Source: Clostridiales bacterium
GTDB taxonomy: Bacteria > Bacillota > Clostridia > Oscillospirales > Acutalibacteraceae
Reading direction: 5' to 3'
NCBI GenBank assembly: GCA_012519975.1
Contig: JAAYPE010000037.1
Span: 5,129 to 69,128 of the forward strand
Length of the DNA stretch: 64,000 nt
The notes under the pieces were generated by a model. That model did not search any database. It saw only the letters and a list, made by a program, of their open reading frames with translations, and was not told the DNA's origin. Shown piece after piece: positions 40,969 through 50,612 of the stretch; the first letter of the stretch is position 1, and every line of letters begins with the position of its first letter. A program made the translations under genes and the position numbers.

Positions 40969-42246
40969 ATGGATATTAACAATAGACTTTTTTCAATACA
41001 ATCTAACGGATATAATATTGAAGAAGTTGATGACTATGTAAGCTTTATTCAAACCGAGCTTACAAAAAATATGAAACTCAGCAGAGATGTTCAACTGCAA
41101 AAAAATTCTCTTCTTGAAACGATAGACAAGCTTAAAATTGAAAACAAGTCGCTAGACAAAAAAAATCAAAAACTATACAGAGATTGCGTTGCGTTTGCAA
41201 AACGACTAAAAGCGCTAGAGATATATGATAATTCTCCAGAGTTTGAAAACGAATCAATTGACAAAGCAACATCTAAAATGATTGCTGAAATAAGAGAGTC
41301 TTACGAATTATTACTAGAGGAAAACAAAGAATTAAAAGCCACTCTTGCACAGCTTACAGATAATTCTAATGATTTTCGTATAATTGATGACAAGTTGGAA
41401 CCAAAATATAATTCCCGATATAACTCTTGTAATAAAGCAAGTGATGTGATTGATGAAAAGTTGGCTGTTGAAAATGAGGTTTCATCGTTCTCAAAACCTG
41501 ATTTTCAAAATGATATTTCTTCAAGTAAAAAAGATGATATATTTATTTCTAAAAACAACGCATTAAAAGATGATAATATTTCTGATTTTAAACTTATACC
41601 TCCTGAAAAAGAGCAGACAAAAAATAAAAAAATATCAAAAGATAATGTTATTCATTCTAAAAGTAAAAACAAATTTTCTCGCTCTGTTTTAAATTTTTTC
41701 TCAACGCTTCTGTTGATTTCTTCTATAATTGTTGGGGTTATAAGCTTAGCCGTTTTCGTGTTTATAAAAAATCCCGAGCTTACAATTGGCGGATTTAGAG
41801 CGTACACAATACATAATGACTCGCCAGCTTTTAACTATTCTGATAATGACATTATTATCACAAAAAAGATTTCTCCAAATGAGGTTAAGGTAGACAATAT
41901 CATTTTGTTTAAAACAGATAAATCCTCACCTCGCAATATAAAAAGAGTTTCTTCTGTAGAAACTGTAGATGGTAACCTTTGCTATAAAACAAAAAAATAT
42001 CCCGATGATTTGAAGGTTGAAATAGTGCCACAGCAATCTTTAATAGGAGTTGTTACTTATAAAATTGATTACATCGGTAAAATTTCTAACTACGCTTTTG
42101 CACAGCCTTATGATTATATTGCAATAGTAATGTGCGTGTTTTTCTTGAGCCTTTTCTTTAAAATAATGGTATCACTTAATAAAACTAAAGAGTATAAAAT
42201 CAAGTTTGATGACTACGATATTTCCGATTTTTCTTTGGAAATATAA
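40969..42246 (+). CDS. DivIVA-domain membrane protein with an extracytoplasmic signal-peptidase-like (S26 fold, apparently non-catalytic) domain
   Basis: N-terminal F.....GYN.EEVDDYV DivIVA motif plus coiled coil, a TM helix near residue 240, then a SipW-like region lacking the SGSM serine motif, then a C-terminal TM helix. Confidence 0.6.
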   Translation: MDINNRLFSIQSNGYNIEEVDDYVSFIQTELTKNMKLSRDVQLQKNSLLETIDKLKIENKSLDKKNQKLYRDCVAFAKRLKALEIYDNSPEFENESIDKATSKMIAEIRESYELLLEENKELKATLAQLTDNSNDFRIIDDKLEPKYNSRYNSCNKASDVIDEKLAVENEVSSFSKPDFQNDISSSKKDDIFISKNNALKDDNISDFKLIPPEKEQTKNKKISKDNVIHSKSKNKFSRSVLNFFSTLLLISSIIVGVISLAVFVFIKNPELTIGGFRAYTIHNDSPAFNYSDNDIIITKKISPNEVKVDNIILFKTDKSSPRNIKRVSSVETVDGNLCYKTKKYPDDLKVEIVPQQSLIGVVTYKIDYIGKISNYAFAQPYDYIAIVMCVFFLSLFFKIMVSLNKTKEYKIKFDDYDISDFSLEI

Positions 42247-42372
42247 AATAAACATTTTTTATTAAAAACATAGTTGATGTGTTGAAATCTTGCCAATAAA
42301 ATGATATCATATCATTTGTCTCATTTGTCGAAAATAATTTTGTTAAAATTAAAAATTGGAGGAAAAAAACGT

Positions 42373-43872
42373 ATGGCTAACAAAAAGGTATTTCTTACTG
42401 GCGCTTCTGGTACTATGGGCTGGGCTGGCTTCAAGGAGATTTATGACAAAGGCAATCTCGACATCGTTGTTCTTCTTAGAGACAGTGAGAAGAACAGGGA
42501 ACAATTCAAACAATATCTTGGGGATCCAAGGGTAAGAATCGTCTGGGGCGATCTTACAAGTTATGAAAGCATTCTTGATTGTGTAAATGGCGCAGACTAC
42601 GTTTTACACGTCGGTGGTATGGTTTCACCTTCTGCTGACTACTATCCAAAAAAGACAATCAAAACAAATGTTACAGCTGCTGAAAACATTGTTAAAGCTG
42701 TTAAAGCACAGCCAAATCCTGACGATGTTAAAGTTTTGTACATAGGTACAGTTGCACAAACTGGCGACAGAAACGAGCCAATACATTGGGGTAGAACTGG
42801 TGACCCCATAAAAATTAGTATATACGACCACTATGCTATCAGTAAAACAATGGCAGAGGCTATATTTGCTGAGTCAGGTCTTAAGCACTGGGTATCAATG
42901 CGTCAAACTGGCATAATGTACCCTGGTATCCTTAAAAATATGGATCCAATTATGTTCCACGTTGTTCTTCGCGGTGTTCTTGAGTGGGCTACTGTTGAAG
43001 ATTCTGCAACACTACTTGCAAACTTCTGCACAACTGACCTTCCTGAAGATTTTTGGAGAAGATTTTACAACATTGGTAGTGGTAAAGAATACAGACTTAC
43101 TAACTACGAGTTTGAGGACTTGCTACTAAGTTCTATCGGTATGGGCAAAGGTGCTGCTAAAAAACTCTTTGAGCCAAACTGGTTTATAACACGCAACTTC
43201 CACGGTCAATGGTACACAGACTCTGATGTGCTTGATGATTATCTCCACTTCAGACACAATGTTCCTGTTAACGAGTACTTTGCTGGACTTTCAAAAACAA
43301 TTCCTTCCTACTTTAAGCTTTCATTTGTTGCTGCAAATAGGATTGGAAAGTACTTTATGAAAAAAATTGCAAAAGATGAAAGATTCGGTACACTAACCTG
43401 GATTGAAAATAACGATAAAGAGAGAATGTCTGCATTCTTTGGTTCAAAAGAAGAATGGGCAAAACTCCCTTCAGACTGGTCAATGGTTGACCTTTCAAGA
43501 CCTACAGATGTTCCATCATATCTCGATCACGGTTATGATGAGTCTAAGGACATTTCTGAACTTGACTTTGCTGATATGCAAAAGGCTGCTGAATTTAGAG
43601 GTGGCGCTTGTCTCTCAGAGAAAATGAAAAAGGGCGATGTGTACTCCCCTGCAAAATGGAGATGTGCTCACGGTCACGAATTTACTATGACTCCAAACCT
43701 TGTTCTCAAAGGTGGTCACTGGTGTCCTGAGTGTCTTCCAATGCCTTGGAACTATGATGCAATTGCAAAGGCAAACCCATTTTTCAATCAAGTTTGGGCA
43801 CCACTCCATGATCCTTCTGAAAATAATTTCTATGATGAGAGTATTTACAGAGATTATGACGAGTATAAATAA
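42373..43872 (+). CDS. NAD-dependent epimerase/dehydratase family (extended SDR) protein with a C-terminal zinc-ribbon-like extension
   Basis: VFLTGASGTMG Rossmann motif and YAISK (YxxxK). C-terminal CAHGHEF...HWCPEC. ATG at 42373 follows GGAGG. Confidence 0.8.
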   Translation: MANKKVFLTGASGTMGWAGFKEIYDKGNLDIVVLLRDSEKNREQFKQYLGDPRVRIVWGDLTSYESILDCVNGADYVLHVGGMVSPSADYYPKKTIKTNVTAAENIVKAVKAQPNPDDVKVLYIGTVAQTGDRNEPIHWGRTGDPIKISIYDHYAISKTMAEAIFAESGLKHWVSMRQTGIMYPGILKNMDPIMFHVVLRGVLEWATVEDSATLLANFCTTDLPEDFWRRFYNIGSGKEYRLTNYEFEDLLLSSIGMGKGAAKKLFEPNWFITRNFHGQWYTDSDVLDDYLHFRHNVPVNEYFAGLSKTIPSYFKLSFVAANRIGKYFMKKIAKDERFGTLTWIENNDKERMSAFFGSKEEWAKLPSDWSMVDLSRPTDVPSYLDHGYDESKDISELDFADMQKAAEFRGGACLSEKMKKGDVYSPAKWRCAHGHEFTMTPNLVLKGGHWCPECLPMPWNYDAIAKANPFFNQVWAPLHDPSENNFYDESIYRDYDEYK

Positions 43873-43888
43873 TAGGTTAATTTTTTTA

Positions 43889-43918
43889 GGAGATGCAGTT
43901 TACTGCGTCTCCTTTTTT
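43889..43918 (+). terminator. intrinsic terminator
   Basis: GGAGATGCAG pairs with CTGCGTCTCC, followed by T6. Confidence 0.85.
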
Positions 43919-43925
43919 AGCCTAT

Positions 43926-43970
43926 TTAAAATAGTAATAGCTACCACCTATAATAAAGTGGTAGCTATTA
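43926..43970 (-). terminator. intrinsic terminator of the hydrolase gene
   Basis: TAATAGCTACCAC pairs with GTGGTAGCTATTA (13 bp), followed by ATTTTAAAT on the minus strand. Confidence 0.65.
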
Positions 43971-43984
43971 TTCTGTAACGGAAA

Positions 43985-44953
43985 TTATATTAATTTATCT
44001 TCTTTTATATTTTGACAACTATTTAAAGCTAAAAAACTCCAATTAAGAATATCAAAGTAAACTTGCTCCCTTGTATCTTTATCTTCATTTAAAATCTCGT
44101 GTCTTGCATTTGGATATAAAATCATAGATGGGCTATGCCCTGCTGTTTCAAGATTAGTACAAGTTGCTTGCACTCCAACGCCAAATAATCCCACGGGGTC
44201 GTTTGCACCTGAAATTAGCAAAATAGGTAGTTGCGTTGGCACTTTATATGCCCAATCCCTTGCGCACGCATCAACTGCAAAAGAAAGTATTGTGCTGCAT
44301 TTCCCAAGTGAAAAAGGGTTGCCACACATTGGGTCATTGTTGTAGTTTTTGATGTTTTCTTCATTAAAACTAATCCAATCATTTTCAGTTTTTGGATTAT
44401 CTATTCCAATGCATTTTACTTTTGAAAAAAGTTTAGTTATTGTTTTTGCTGTTTTATCGGCACCCATTTTATCGGTAATTAAATTAAATGGTTTGTCAAG
44501 GAAAGTTAGAGAGGTTGGCACCTCCCCTGTTCCACAAAAAACAGCACCTGCAAGCTCTTCGCCAAATAAAGAAACATAAATCCTAGCACACAAAGAACCA
44601 ATGCTATGCCCAAACATAAAGTATGGCAGCTCTGGATATCTCTTAGACATTATGTTATATAACTTATGCATATCATCAATTACTCTTACCCTACCGTCTT
44701 TAGGCATTAAACTTAACTCTTCCAAACTTCCCGCAGATTTGCCGTGCCCAAGATGGTCGTTTCCGCAAACTATAAAACCGTTTGCCGCTAAAAAACGGGC
44801 GAATTCATCATATCTCCCTATATGTTCTGAAACACCGTGGGCAATTTGAAAAATTCCTACTGGAATAATTTCATCATCTTGCCAAATTAAACATCTTATC
44901 TTATGCTCACCTGTAGAAGACATAAAATAAGCCTCTTTGCGAATAATCGACAT
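43985..44953 (-). CDS. alpha/beta hydrolase (lysophospholipase / monoacylglycerol lipase-like)
   Basis: HGVSEH..GHGKS and the nucleophile elbow GHSIGS. ATG at 44953 is preferred for its GGAGG spacing. Confidence 0.85.
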   Translation of the reverse strand: MSIIRKEAYFMSSTGEHKIRCLIWQDDEIIPVGIFQIAHGVSEHIGRYDEFARFLAANGFIVCGNDHLGHGKSAGSLEELSLMPKDGRVRVIDDMHKLYNIMSKRYPELPYFMFGHSIGSLCARIYVSLFGEELAGAVFCGTGEVPTSLTFLDKPFNLITDKMGADKTAKTITKLFSKVKCIGIDNPKTENDWISFNEENIKNYNNDPMCGNPFSLGKCSTILSFAVDACARDWAYKVPTQLPILLISGANDPVGLFGVGVQATCTNLETAGHSPSMILYPNARHEILNEDKDTREQVYFDILNWSFLALNSCQNIKEDKLI

Positions 44954-45105
44954 TTGCATAACCTCCATAAAATAAGGAATTTAAAAAATCACATTATTGT
45001 ATCGCCAATTAGGCGGGACATAAGTTGAATATAATAATCGCTTGCGGTTATTATATCATATTTATTTATCGCTTGTAAACAAACATTCCCAGATAAAATT
45101 TACTA

Positions 45106-45145
45106 ATAAAAAACAAAGCTTACACCAACTATTGATGTAAGCTTT
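45106..45145 (-). terminator. intrinsic terminator of the permease gene
   Basis: AAAGCTTACA pairs with TGTAAGCTTT, followed by a T-run on the minus strand. Confidence 0.8.
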
Positions 45146-45153
45146 TATTTTTT

Positions 45154-46482
45154 TTAAATAGCAAATCCTTTTGATTTATCTTCTACTTCGCCATCTTTTT
45201 CAAAAACATATTCATTTCCAGGTAAAACAGCATTTAAAACAATACCTGCAATGGCCGCTATCGCAAGACCTGAAAGGCTTACTGGCACACTACCAATTTT
45301 AAAGGAAATAGAATCAATTCCTATTGCTGATACCAAAATTATAGCAGCAATTATAAGGTTTCTGCTGTTTGTAAAATCCACCTTATTTTCTACCAAATTT
45401 CTAGCGCCTATAGCTGAAATCATACCATAAAGTATAAATGAAACTCCACCTATTACAGCACTTGGTATTGTACCTATTAAAGCTGCAACCTTTGGTGAAA
45501 AAGAAAGAATAATCGACACGCCAGCTGCAATACGAACAACTACAGGGTCATAAACTTTTGTAAGTGCCAAAACACCTGTGTTCTCTCCATAAGTTGTATT
45601 TGCAGGGCCACCAAAACACGCTGAAAAAGTCGTTGCAAGACCATCACCTAAAAGTGTTCTGTGAATTCCTGGGTCTTTTATAAAGTTTTTTCCGGTTGTT
45701 GCACTAATTGCTGATACATCACCGATATGCTCCATCATAGTAGCAAGGGAAATAGGGACAATTGCAATTATCGCTGTAACTGCAAGTGATTTATCAGAAA
45801 ATGCGTTAGTAATAAATACGCTTTTATTCAGTGGTATACCTAACATATCTGCCTGTGCAACTTGCGAAAAATCTACCTCTTTAAGAAAAATTGCAAGTAT
45901 GTATGAAACTGCAATTCCAATAATTATTGGTACAATTTTTATCATACCCCTGCCGAAAATATTGCATATTATTATTGTTAAGAGTGCTACAATTGCAATC
46001 AACCAGTTTTCTCTACAATTATCCACTGCTGTTGGGGCAAGGATTAATCCAATTGAGATAATTATCGGGCCTGTAACTACTGGTGGAAAATATTTCATTA
46101 CCTTGTTTACGCCAAATGCCTTTATAAAGCCTGACAATATAACATAGACAAGCCCAGCAACTGCAACTCCAAGACAAGCGTACGGAAGCATTTCTTTGTT
46201 TGCTTCTCCATTTGCAAGCTTTGGTGCAACAGCTGCATATCCCCCTAAAAATGCAAATGATGAACCAAGAAAAACTGGAACCTTACCTTTGGTAATTAAG
46301 TGGAACATTAGTGTTCCAAGACCTGCCATCAAAAGTGTTGTAGCAATATCAAGCCCTGTTATAATTGGTACAAGGATTGTTGCTCCGAACATTGCAAAAG
46401 TGTGTTGGATACCAAGCAAAAGCATTTTTGGAGTGCCCAGTGTTTTCGCATCATAGATACCCTCATTTTTCATTTCTCCCAT
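45154..46482 (-). CDS. uraA: uracil permease (NCS2 family, UraA/PyrP-like)
   Basis: LGIQHTFAMFGATILVP and KVPVFLGSSFAF closely resemble UraA signature regions. Confidence 0.8.
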   Translation of the reverse strand: MGEMKNEGIYDAKTLGTPKMLLLGIQHTFAMFGATILVPIITGLDIATTLLMAGLGTLMFHLITKGKVPVFLGSSFAFLGGYAAVAPKLANGEANKEMLPYACLGVAVAGLVYVILSGFIKAFGVNKVMKYFPPVVTGPIIISIGLILAPTAVDNCRENWLIAIVALLTIIICNIFGRGMIKIVPIIIGIAVSYILAIFLKEVDFSQVAQADMLGIPLNKSVFITNAFSDKSLAVTAIIAIVPISLATMMEHIGDVSAISATTGKNFIKDPGIHRTLLGDGLATTFSACFGGPANTTYGENTGVLALTKVYDPVVVRIAAGVSIILSFSPKVAALIGTIPSAVIGGVSFILYGMISAIGARNLVENKVDFTNSRNLIIAAIILVSAIGIDSISFKIGSVPVSLSGLAIAAIAGIVLNAVLPGNEYVFEKDGEVEDKSKGFAI

Positions 46483-46510
46483 TTTAAAACTCCTTTACAT
46501 TTTATCATAT

Positions 46511-46552
46511 AAAAAAATAGCAACTCATTTTCAAAACGAAAATGAAGCTGCT
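46511..46552 (-). terminator. strong intrinsic terminator inside the permease 5' leader (candidate attenuator)
   Basis: AGCAGCUUCAUUUUC pairs with GAAAAUGAGUUGCU, followed by U7. It lies about 20 nt upstream of the AAAGGAG RBS and downstream of a TTGAAT-18-TATTAT promoter (46701..46672). Confidence 0.7.
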
Positions 46553-46734
46553 AAATTATTATAAAAAGCATTGTTAATAAAAATATTAGATATGTAATTT
46601 ATTTTTGTTTTATACCCAAAAGCCGAAAACACAAATAACACTCTCCATACCTACAAATTTAATTCCAAGATATAATATCATATTAAGCTACATAAATTCA
46701 AGCTTAAAACTTGTTAAAATAATTTTTGGTAGTT

Positions 46735-48063
46735 CTATGCATTAAAAATTACTTCTACCCTTGTTCCTTTGTTAATCTCACTAAAAACAGAAATCTTTGC
46801 ATCGTGATGTATTGCAACATGCTTTACTATTGCAAGCCCTAGACCTGTTCCGCCAGTCTCCTTACTTCTGCTTTTATCAACTCTATAAAATCTTTCAAAA
46901 ATTCTAACTTTATACTTTTCCGGTATACCAATGCCTGTATCCTCAACACAAATTTTTACTTTTTTTGCATCTGTATCATTTGATAGCGATATTTTAACCT
47001 CGCCACCATTTTTGTTATATTTTATAGCATTGTCACACAGGTTATATACAAGCTCATTTATCATCATTTTATTTGCAAAAACATTGCAAGGGCTTTCACC
47101 CTCTACAGTGATTTTTATATCATTTTGACGGGCGTTGAAATCCAACAGTTCTTTTATTTCAGTTGATATTTCATAAAGGTCAACTGCCTCAAAATTATGT
47201 TCACTATTTATAGGTTCATCAAGTTCTGACAGTTTTATAATATCTCCAATAAGATTTAAAAGTCTTTGTGCTTCTGTATGTATTTTTCCTGCAAATTCTT
47301 TAATGTCTTCTTTTTTAGCCATACCATTATCTATCATTTCTGCGTAACCTAAAATTGATGTGAGTGGTGTTTTAAGTTCGTGAGATACATTTGCTGTAAA
47401 CTCTTGCCTTATTTTTTCATTTTCTCTTTTTTTGTTTTTAAATTGGCTTACAGCATCAACAAGTGGCTCTAACTCTTTATAAGGCACATTTTTATCTATT
47501 TCATCGATATTTTTTCCCATTTCTTCGATTGGTTTTGTAATGTTTTTAGTAAGCTCTTTAGAAACAAATAAAGAGGCTAAAAATATAGCAAGTCCAATAG
47601 CTATAAAAATCTGAATAGGTGGGTTAAAAACTGAATAAGCATTTTCAACATCTTTAGATACACATAAAACACTGTTATTATCCAGTTTATTCACATAGTA
47701 AAAAGATTTGTAGCCTAGTTTTTTTGAAACCTTTACAACCTCGTATTTACCTTCACTTAGGGCTTTTTGTATTTCAAAGCTTTGAAGGACATTTTCAGCG
47801 TTTTTATTTTCAGAGTTTTCAAATATTATTTTTCCGTTTTTATCCACAATCATAACATTGAAATTATCAAAAGATAATTTACTATATTTTTGAACATCAT
47901 CGTATTCTTCATACACTTCAACAGCTACTTTTGACACCATTCTTATTCCATTTTTAATGCGGTTATTATAGTATTGATTGATAATAATCATAGTGCATAT
48001 CCACGTAATGAGCATAGAAGAAATACCAATTAAAAGCAATCTTGAATTAATTTTTTCTTCCAA
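46735..48063 (-). CDS. sensor histidine kinase (PhoR-like)
   Basis: Two TM helices, H-box SHELKTPLTSI and G-boxes DTGIGI / GGTGLGLAIVK. Confidence 0.85.
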   Translation of the reverse strand: MEEKINSRLLLIGISSMLITWICTMIIINQYYNNRIKNGIRMVSKVAVEVYEEYDDVQKYSKLSFDNFNVMIVDKNGKIIFENSENKNAENVLQSFEIQKALSEGKYEVVKVSKKLGYKSFYYVNKLDNNSVLCVSKDVENAYSVFNPPIQIFIAIGLAIFLASLFVSKELTKNITKPIEEMGKNIDEIDKNVPYKELEPLVDAVSQFKNKKRENEKIRQEFTANVSHELKTPLTSILGYAEMIDNGMAKKEDIKEFAGKIHTEAQRLLNLIGDIIKLSELDEPINSEHNFEAVDLYEISTEIKELLDFNARQNDIKITVEGESPCNVFANKMMINELVYNLCDNAIKYNKNGGEVKISLSNDTDAKKVKICVEDTGIGIPEKYKVRIFERFYRVDKSRSKETGGTGLGLAIVKHVAIHHDAKISVFSEINKGTRVEVIFNA

Positions 48064-48079
48064 TTAAGCTCCCCCACTT

Positions 48080-48751
48080 TTATTCTTTATCAATTTTATA
48101 CCCTACATTGCGAACAGTTTTAATCGCTGAACCACACTCGCCAAGTTTTTGACGCAAAGTTTTAATATGCATATCAACCGTTCTGCTCTCGCCCTCAAAA
48201 TCTGTATCCCAAACTTTAGACATTATTTTTTCTCTTGAAAGAACAATTCCCTTATTTACAAGCAAATATTTTAAAAGCTCATATTCTTTGTATGTACATT
48301 CACACACATTTCCGTTGGCTAAAACTAAATGCTTTTCATCGTCAAGCTCTATTCCCGACGCTTTATATATCAAAGGTTGAGCAGTGCTACCAGTGCGACG
48401 CAACACTGCTTTTACCCGGGAAATAAACTCCATTACGCCAAAGGGCTTTGACAAATAGTCGTCTGCCCCTGCATCAAGACCTTTTACAGTGTCAAGCTCG
48501 GATGATTTTGCAGTAACCATCACAACAGGTACATCCTTTGTTTTGTGGTCAGACTTTAAGCGTTTAAGAATAGAGATTCCGTCTTGGTCTGGTAGCATAA
48601 TGTCAAGCACAATTAACCGTGGTATTCTTTCTTCGCAAAGTGCAAACAGCTGTTTTGCATTATCACATTCAGCAACCTCATATCCACTATTTTTAAGTGC
48701 ATACGCCTGAAGCTGTCTTATATTTATATCATCTTCTACAATATATATCAT
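48080..48751 (-). CDS. OmpR/PhoB-family response regulator
   Basis: Receiver domain (VLDIMLPDQDG) plus winged-helix output (VDMHIKTLRQKL, TVRNVGYK). ATG at 48751 follows AGGTG. Confidence 0.9.
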   Translation of the reverse strand: MIYIVEDDINIRQLQAYALKNSGYEVAECDNAKQLFALCEERIPRLIVLDIMLPDQDGISILKRLKSDHKTKDVPVVMVTAKSSELDTVKGLDAGADDYLSKPFGVMEFISRVKAVLRRTGSTAQPLIYKASGIELDDEKHLVLANGNVCECTYKEYELLKYLLVNKGIVLSREKIMSKVWDTDFEGESRTVDMHIKTLRQKLGECGSAIKTVRNVGYKIDKE

Positions 48752-48778
48752 AGTAATCACCTATTACAGTATAAGCAA

Positions 48779-50542
48779 TTATATGTTTTTAGACAAGCTA
48801 TATTTTTCATAAAACTCTTTGTATTCGGCTGCAAAGACTTCATCATCCGAACTTTTAAGTTCTTTAATATATTCGTGCGTATCAAAATTATCTTGTTGCA
48901 CTTGAATTAAACAAAGAGCGATGTTTGAGCAATGGTCTGCTATTCTCTCATAATTCGTTATAAGGTCTGAGAAAATAAAGCCAATTTCTGTTGTGCATCC
49001 GCCTTTTCTTAGTCTTTCAATATGCCTTGCTTTTAGTTTTGATTTTAATTTATTTACCACCTGTTCAAGCGGTTCTACCCTTTTTGCAAGCCCCACATCA
49101 TCTTTTAAAAATGCGTCAAAAGCAATATTAATAATTTCTTTAACAGCAGAATGCATAACATTCAAATCGTCTGCTGCTTCTTTAGAAAAAGAAATCTCTT
49201 TGTCATTTATTTCTTTTGAAACTTTCATAATATTAACAGCGTGATCACTTACTCTTTCAAAATCACCTATACAGTGTAGCATTTTAAAGGTCTGCCTACT
49301 ATCATTTACAGACAAATCTTTGTTTGATAATTTAACTAGATATGTCCCAATTCTGTCTTCATACAGGTCGACTAAATCTTCTCCCGTTTTAACTTCTTCT
49401 GCTCTAGTGCTACTATACACTTTAGTCAGCGACATAGCATTAAACAATGTATCCCTTGCAATCTCAGCCATTTGACAGGTAGTTGCATAACACTGGCTTA
49501 CTGCCACTGATGGAGATGCTAGCAAACGGTCATCAAGAAGTCTGAACTCTTCTTCTATTGATGTCTCACTACTCTTAAAAGTTATGCAAGCGAGTTTTTC
49601 AAGTTGCTTGGTAAATGGTAAGAATATTATTGTTGCAAATAAATTGAAAATCGTATGAACTGCCGCGATTCCCATAGCGTTTATAGAATCATTTATAAAA
49701 GGAAACTTCAGTATTGCATTCAAAGAATAATAAACAACTAAAAATACTGTTGTTCCAATAATATTAAAATATAGATGTGCAACTGCAGCACGCTTTGCAT
49801 TTTTGTTTGTACCGATAGATGAAATCATTGCAGTTACGCAAGTTCCAATATTTTGACCCATTATTATGGGAACTGCAGACGCATAAGTTATGCTTCCGGT
49901 AGCTGATAGTGCCTGCAATATACCAACTGCTGCAGATGAGCTTTGAATAATTCCAGTAACTAAAGCTCCTGTTAAGATGCCAATTATTGGATTTGAAAAT
50001 AGGGTTAAAATGCTTGTAAACTCAGGAACATTTGCAAGCGGTTGAACTGCGTTGGACATTGTTTCCATTCCAAACATCAATACTGCAAATCCAAGCATAA
50101 TTCCGCCAATATCTTGTTTCTTTGTGCTTTTTGAAAACATAGAAAGAACGATACCAATTGCCGCTAAAACCGGTGAAAAAGATGAAGGTTTCATCATTTG
50201 CAATAACAAATTGTCACCCTGAATTCCAGTAAGGCTGATAAGCCAAGCTGTTATTGTTGTTCCTACATTGGCACCCATTATTATGCTAATTGCTTGACTT
50301 AGTTGCATAACTCCAGAGTTTACAAAGCCTACAACCATAACTGTTGTTGCAGATGAACTTTGAATAAGCGCTGTAACTCCTGCCCCGAGCAAAACGCCTT
50401 TTATTGGGTTTGATGTTAGTCTTTCTAGCACTGATTTAAATCTTCCGCCAGAGTGTTTTTCAAGTCCCTTCCCCATTACATCCATACCATAGAGAAAAAG
50501 TGCTAGTCCGCCAATAAATGTGAGTATTGAAAAAATATCCAT
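48779..50542 (-). CDS. Na/Pi cotransporter family protein with C-terminal PhoU-like domains
   Basis: 587 aa. Duplicated Na_Pi_cotrans repeats (QSSSATT / QSSSAAV). Confidence 0.9.
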   Translation of the reverse strand: MDIFSILTFIGGLALFLYGMDVMGKGLEKHSGGRFKSVLERLTSNPIKGVLLGAGVTALIQSSSATTVMVVGFVNSGVMQLSQAISIIMGANVGTTITAWLISLTGIQGDNLLLQMMKPSSFSPVLAAIGIVLSMFSKSTKKQDIGGIMLGFAVLMFGMETMSNAVQPLANVPEFTSILTLFSNPIIGILTGALVTGIIQSSSAAVGILQALSATGSITYASAVPIIMGQNIGTCVTAMISSIGTNKNAKRAAVAHLYFNIIGTTVFLVVYYSLNAILKFPFINDSINAMGIAAVHTIFNLFATIIFLPFTKQLEKLACITFKSSETSIEEEFRLLDDRLLASPSVAVSQCYATTCQMAEIARDTLFNAMSLTKVYSSTRAEEVKTGEDLVDLYEDRIGTYLVKLSNKDLSVNDSRQTFKMLHCIGDFERVSDHAVNIMKVSKEINDKEISFSKEAADDLNVMHSAVKEIINIAFDAFLKDDVGLAKRVEPLEQVVNKLKSKLKARHIERLRKGGCTTEIGFIFSDLITNYERIADHCSNIALCLIQVQQDNFDTHEYIKELKSSDDEVFAAEYKEFYEKYSLSKNI

Positions 50543-50612
50543 ACAATCGCCTCTGTTTTATTAAAAATAATATTTTACTAGGTATTTGCTTGTTTACATA
50601 ATATATTTTTAA

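Noticed and set aside
46560-46670. PyrR-binding hairpin or purine riboswitch in the uracil permease leader
   Set aside because: I searched both strands for UCCAGAGAGG-like and UAUAAU...GUUUCUACC...GACUAU signatures. Only a poor AUGGAGAGUG match was present, so no such element is claimed.
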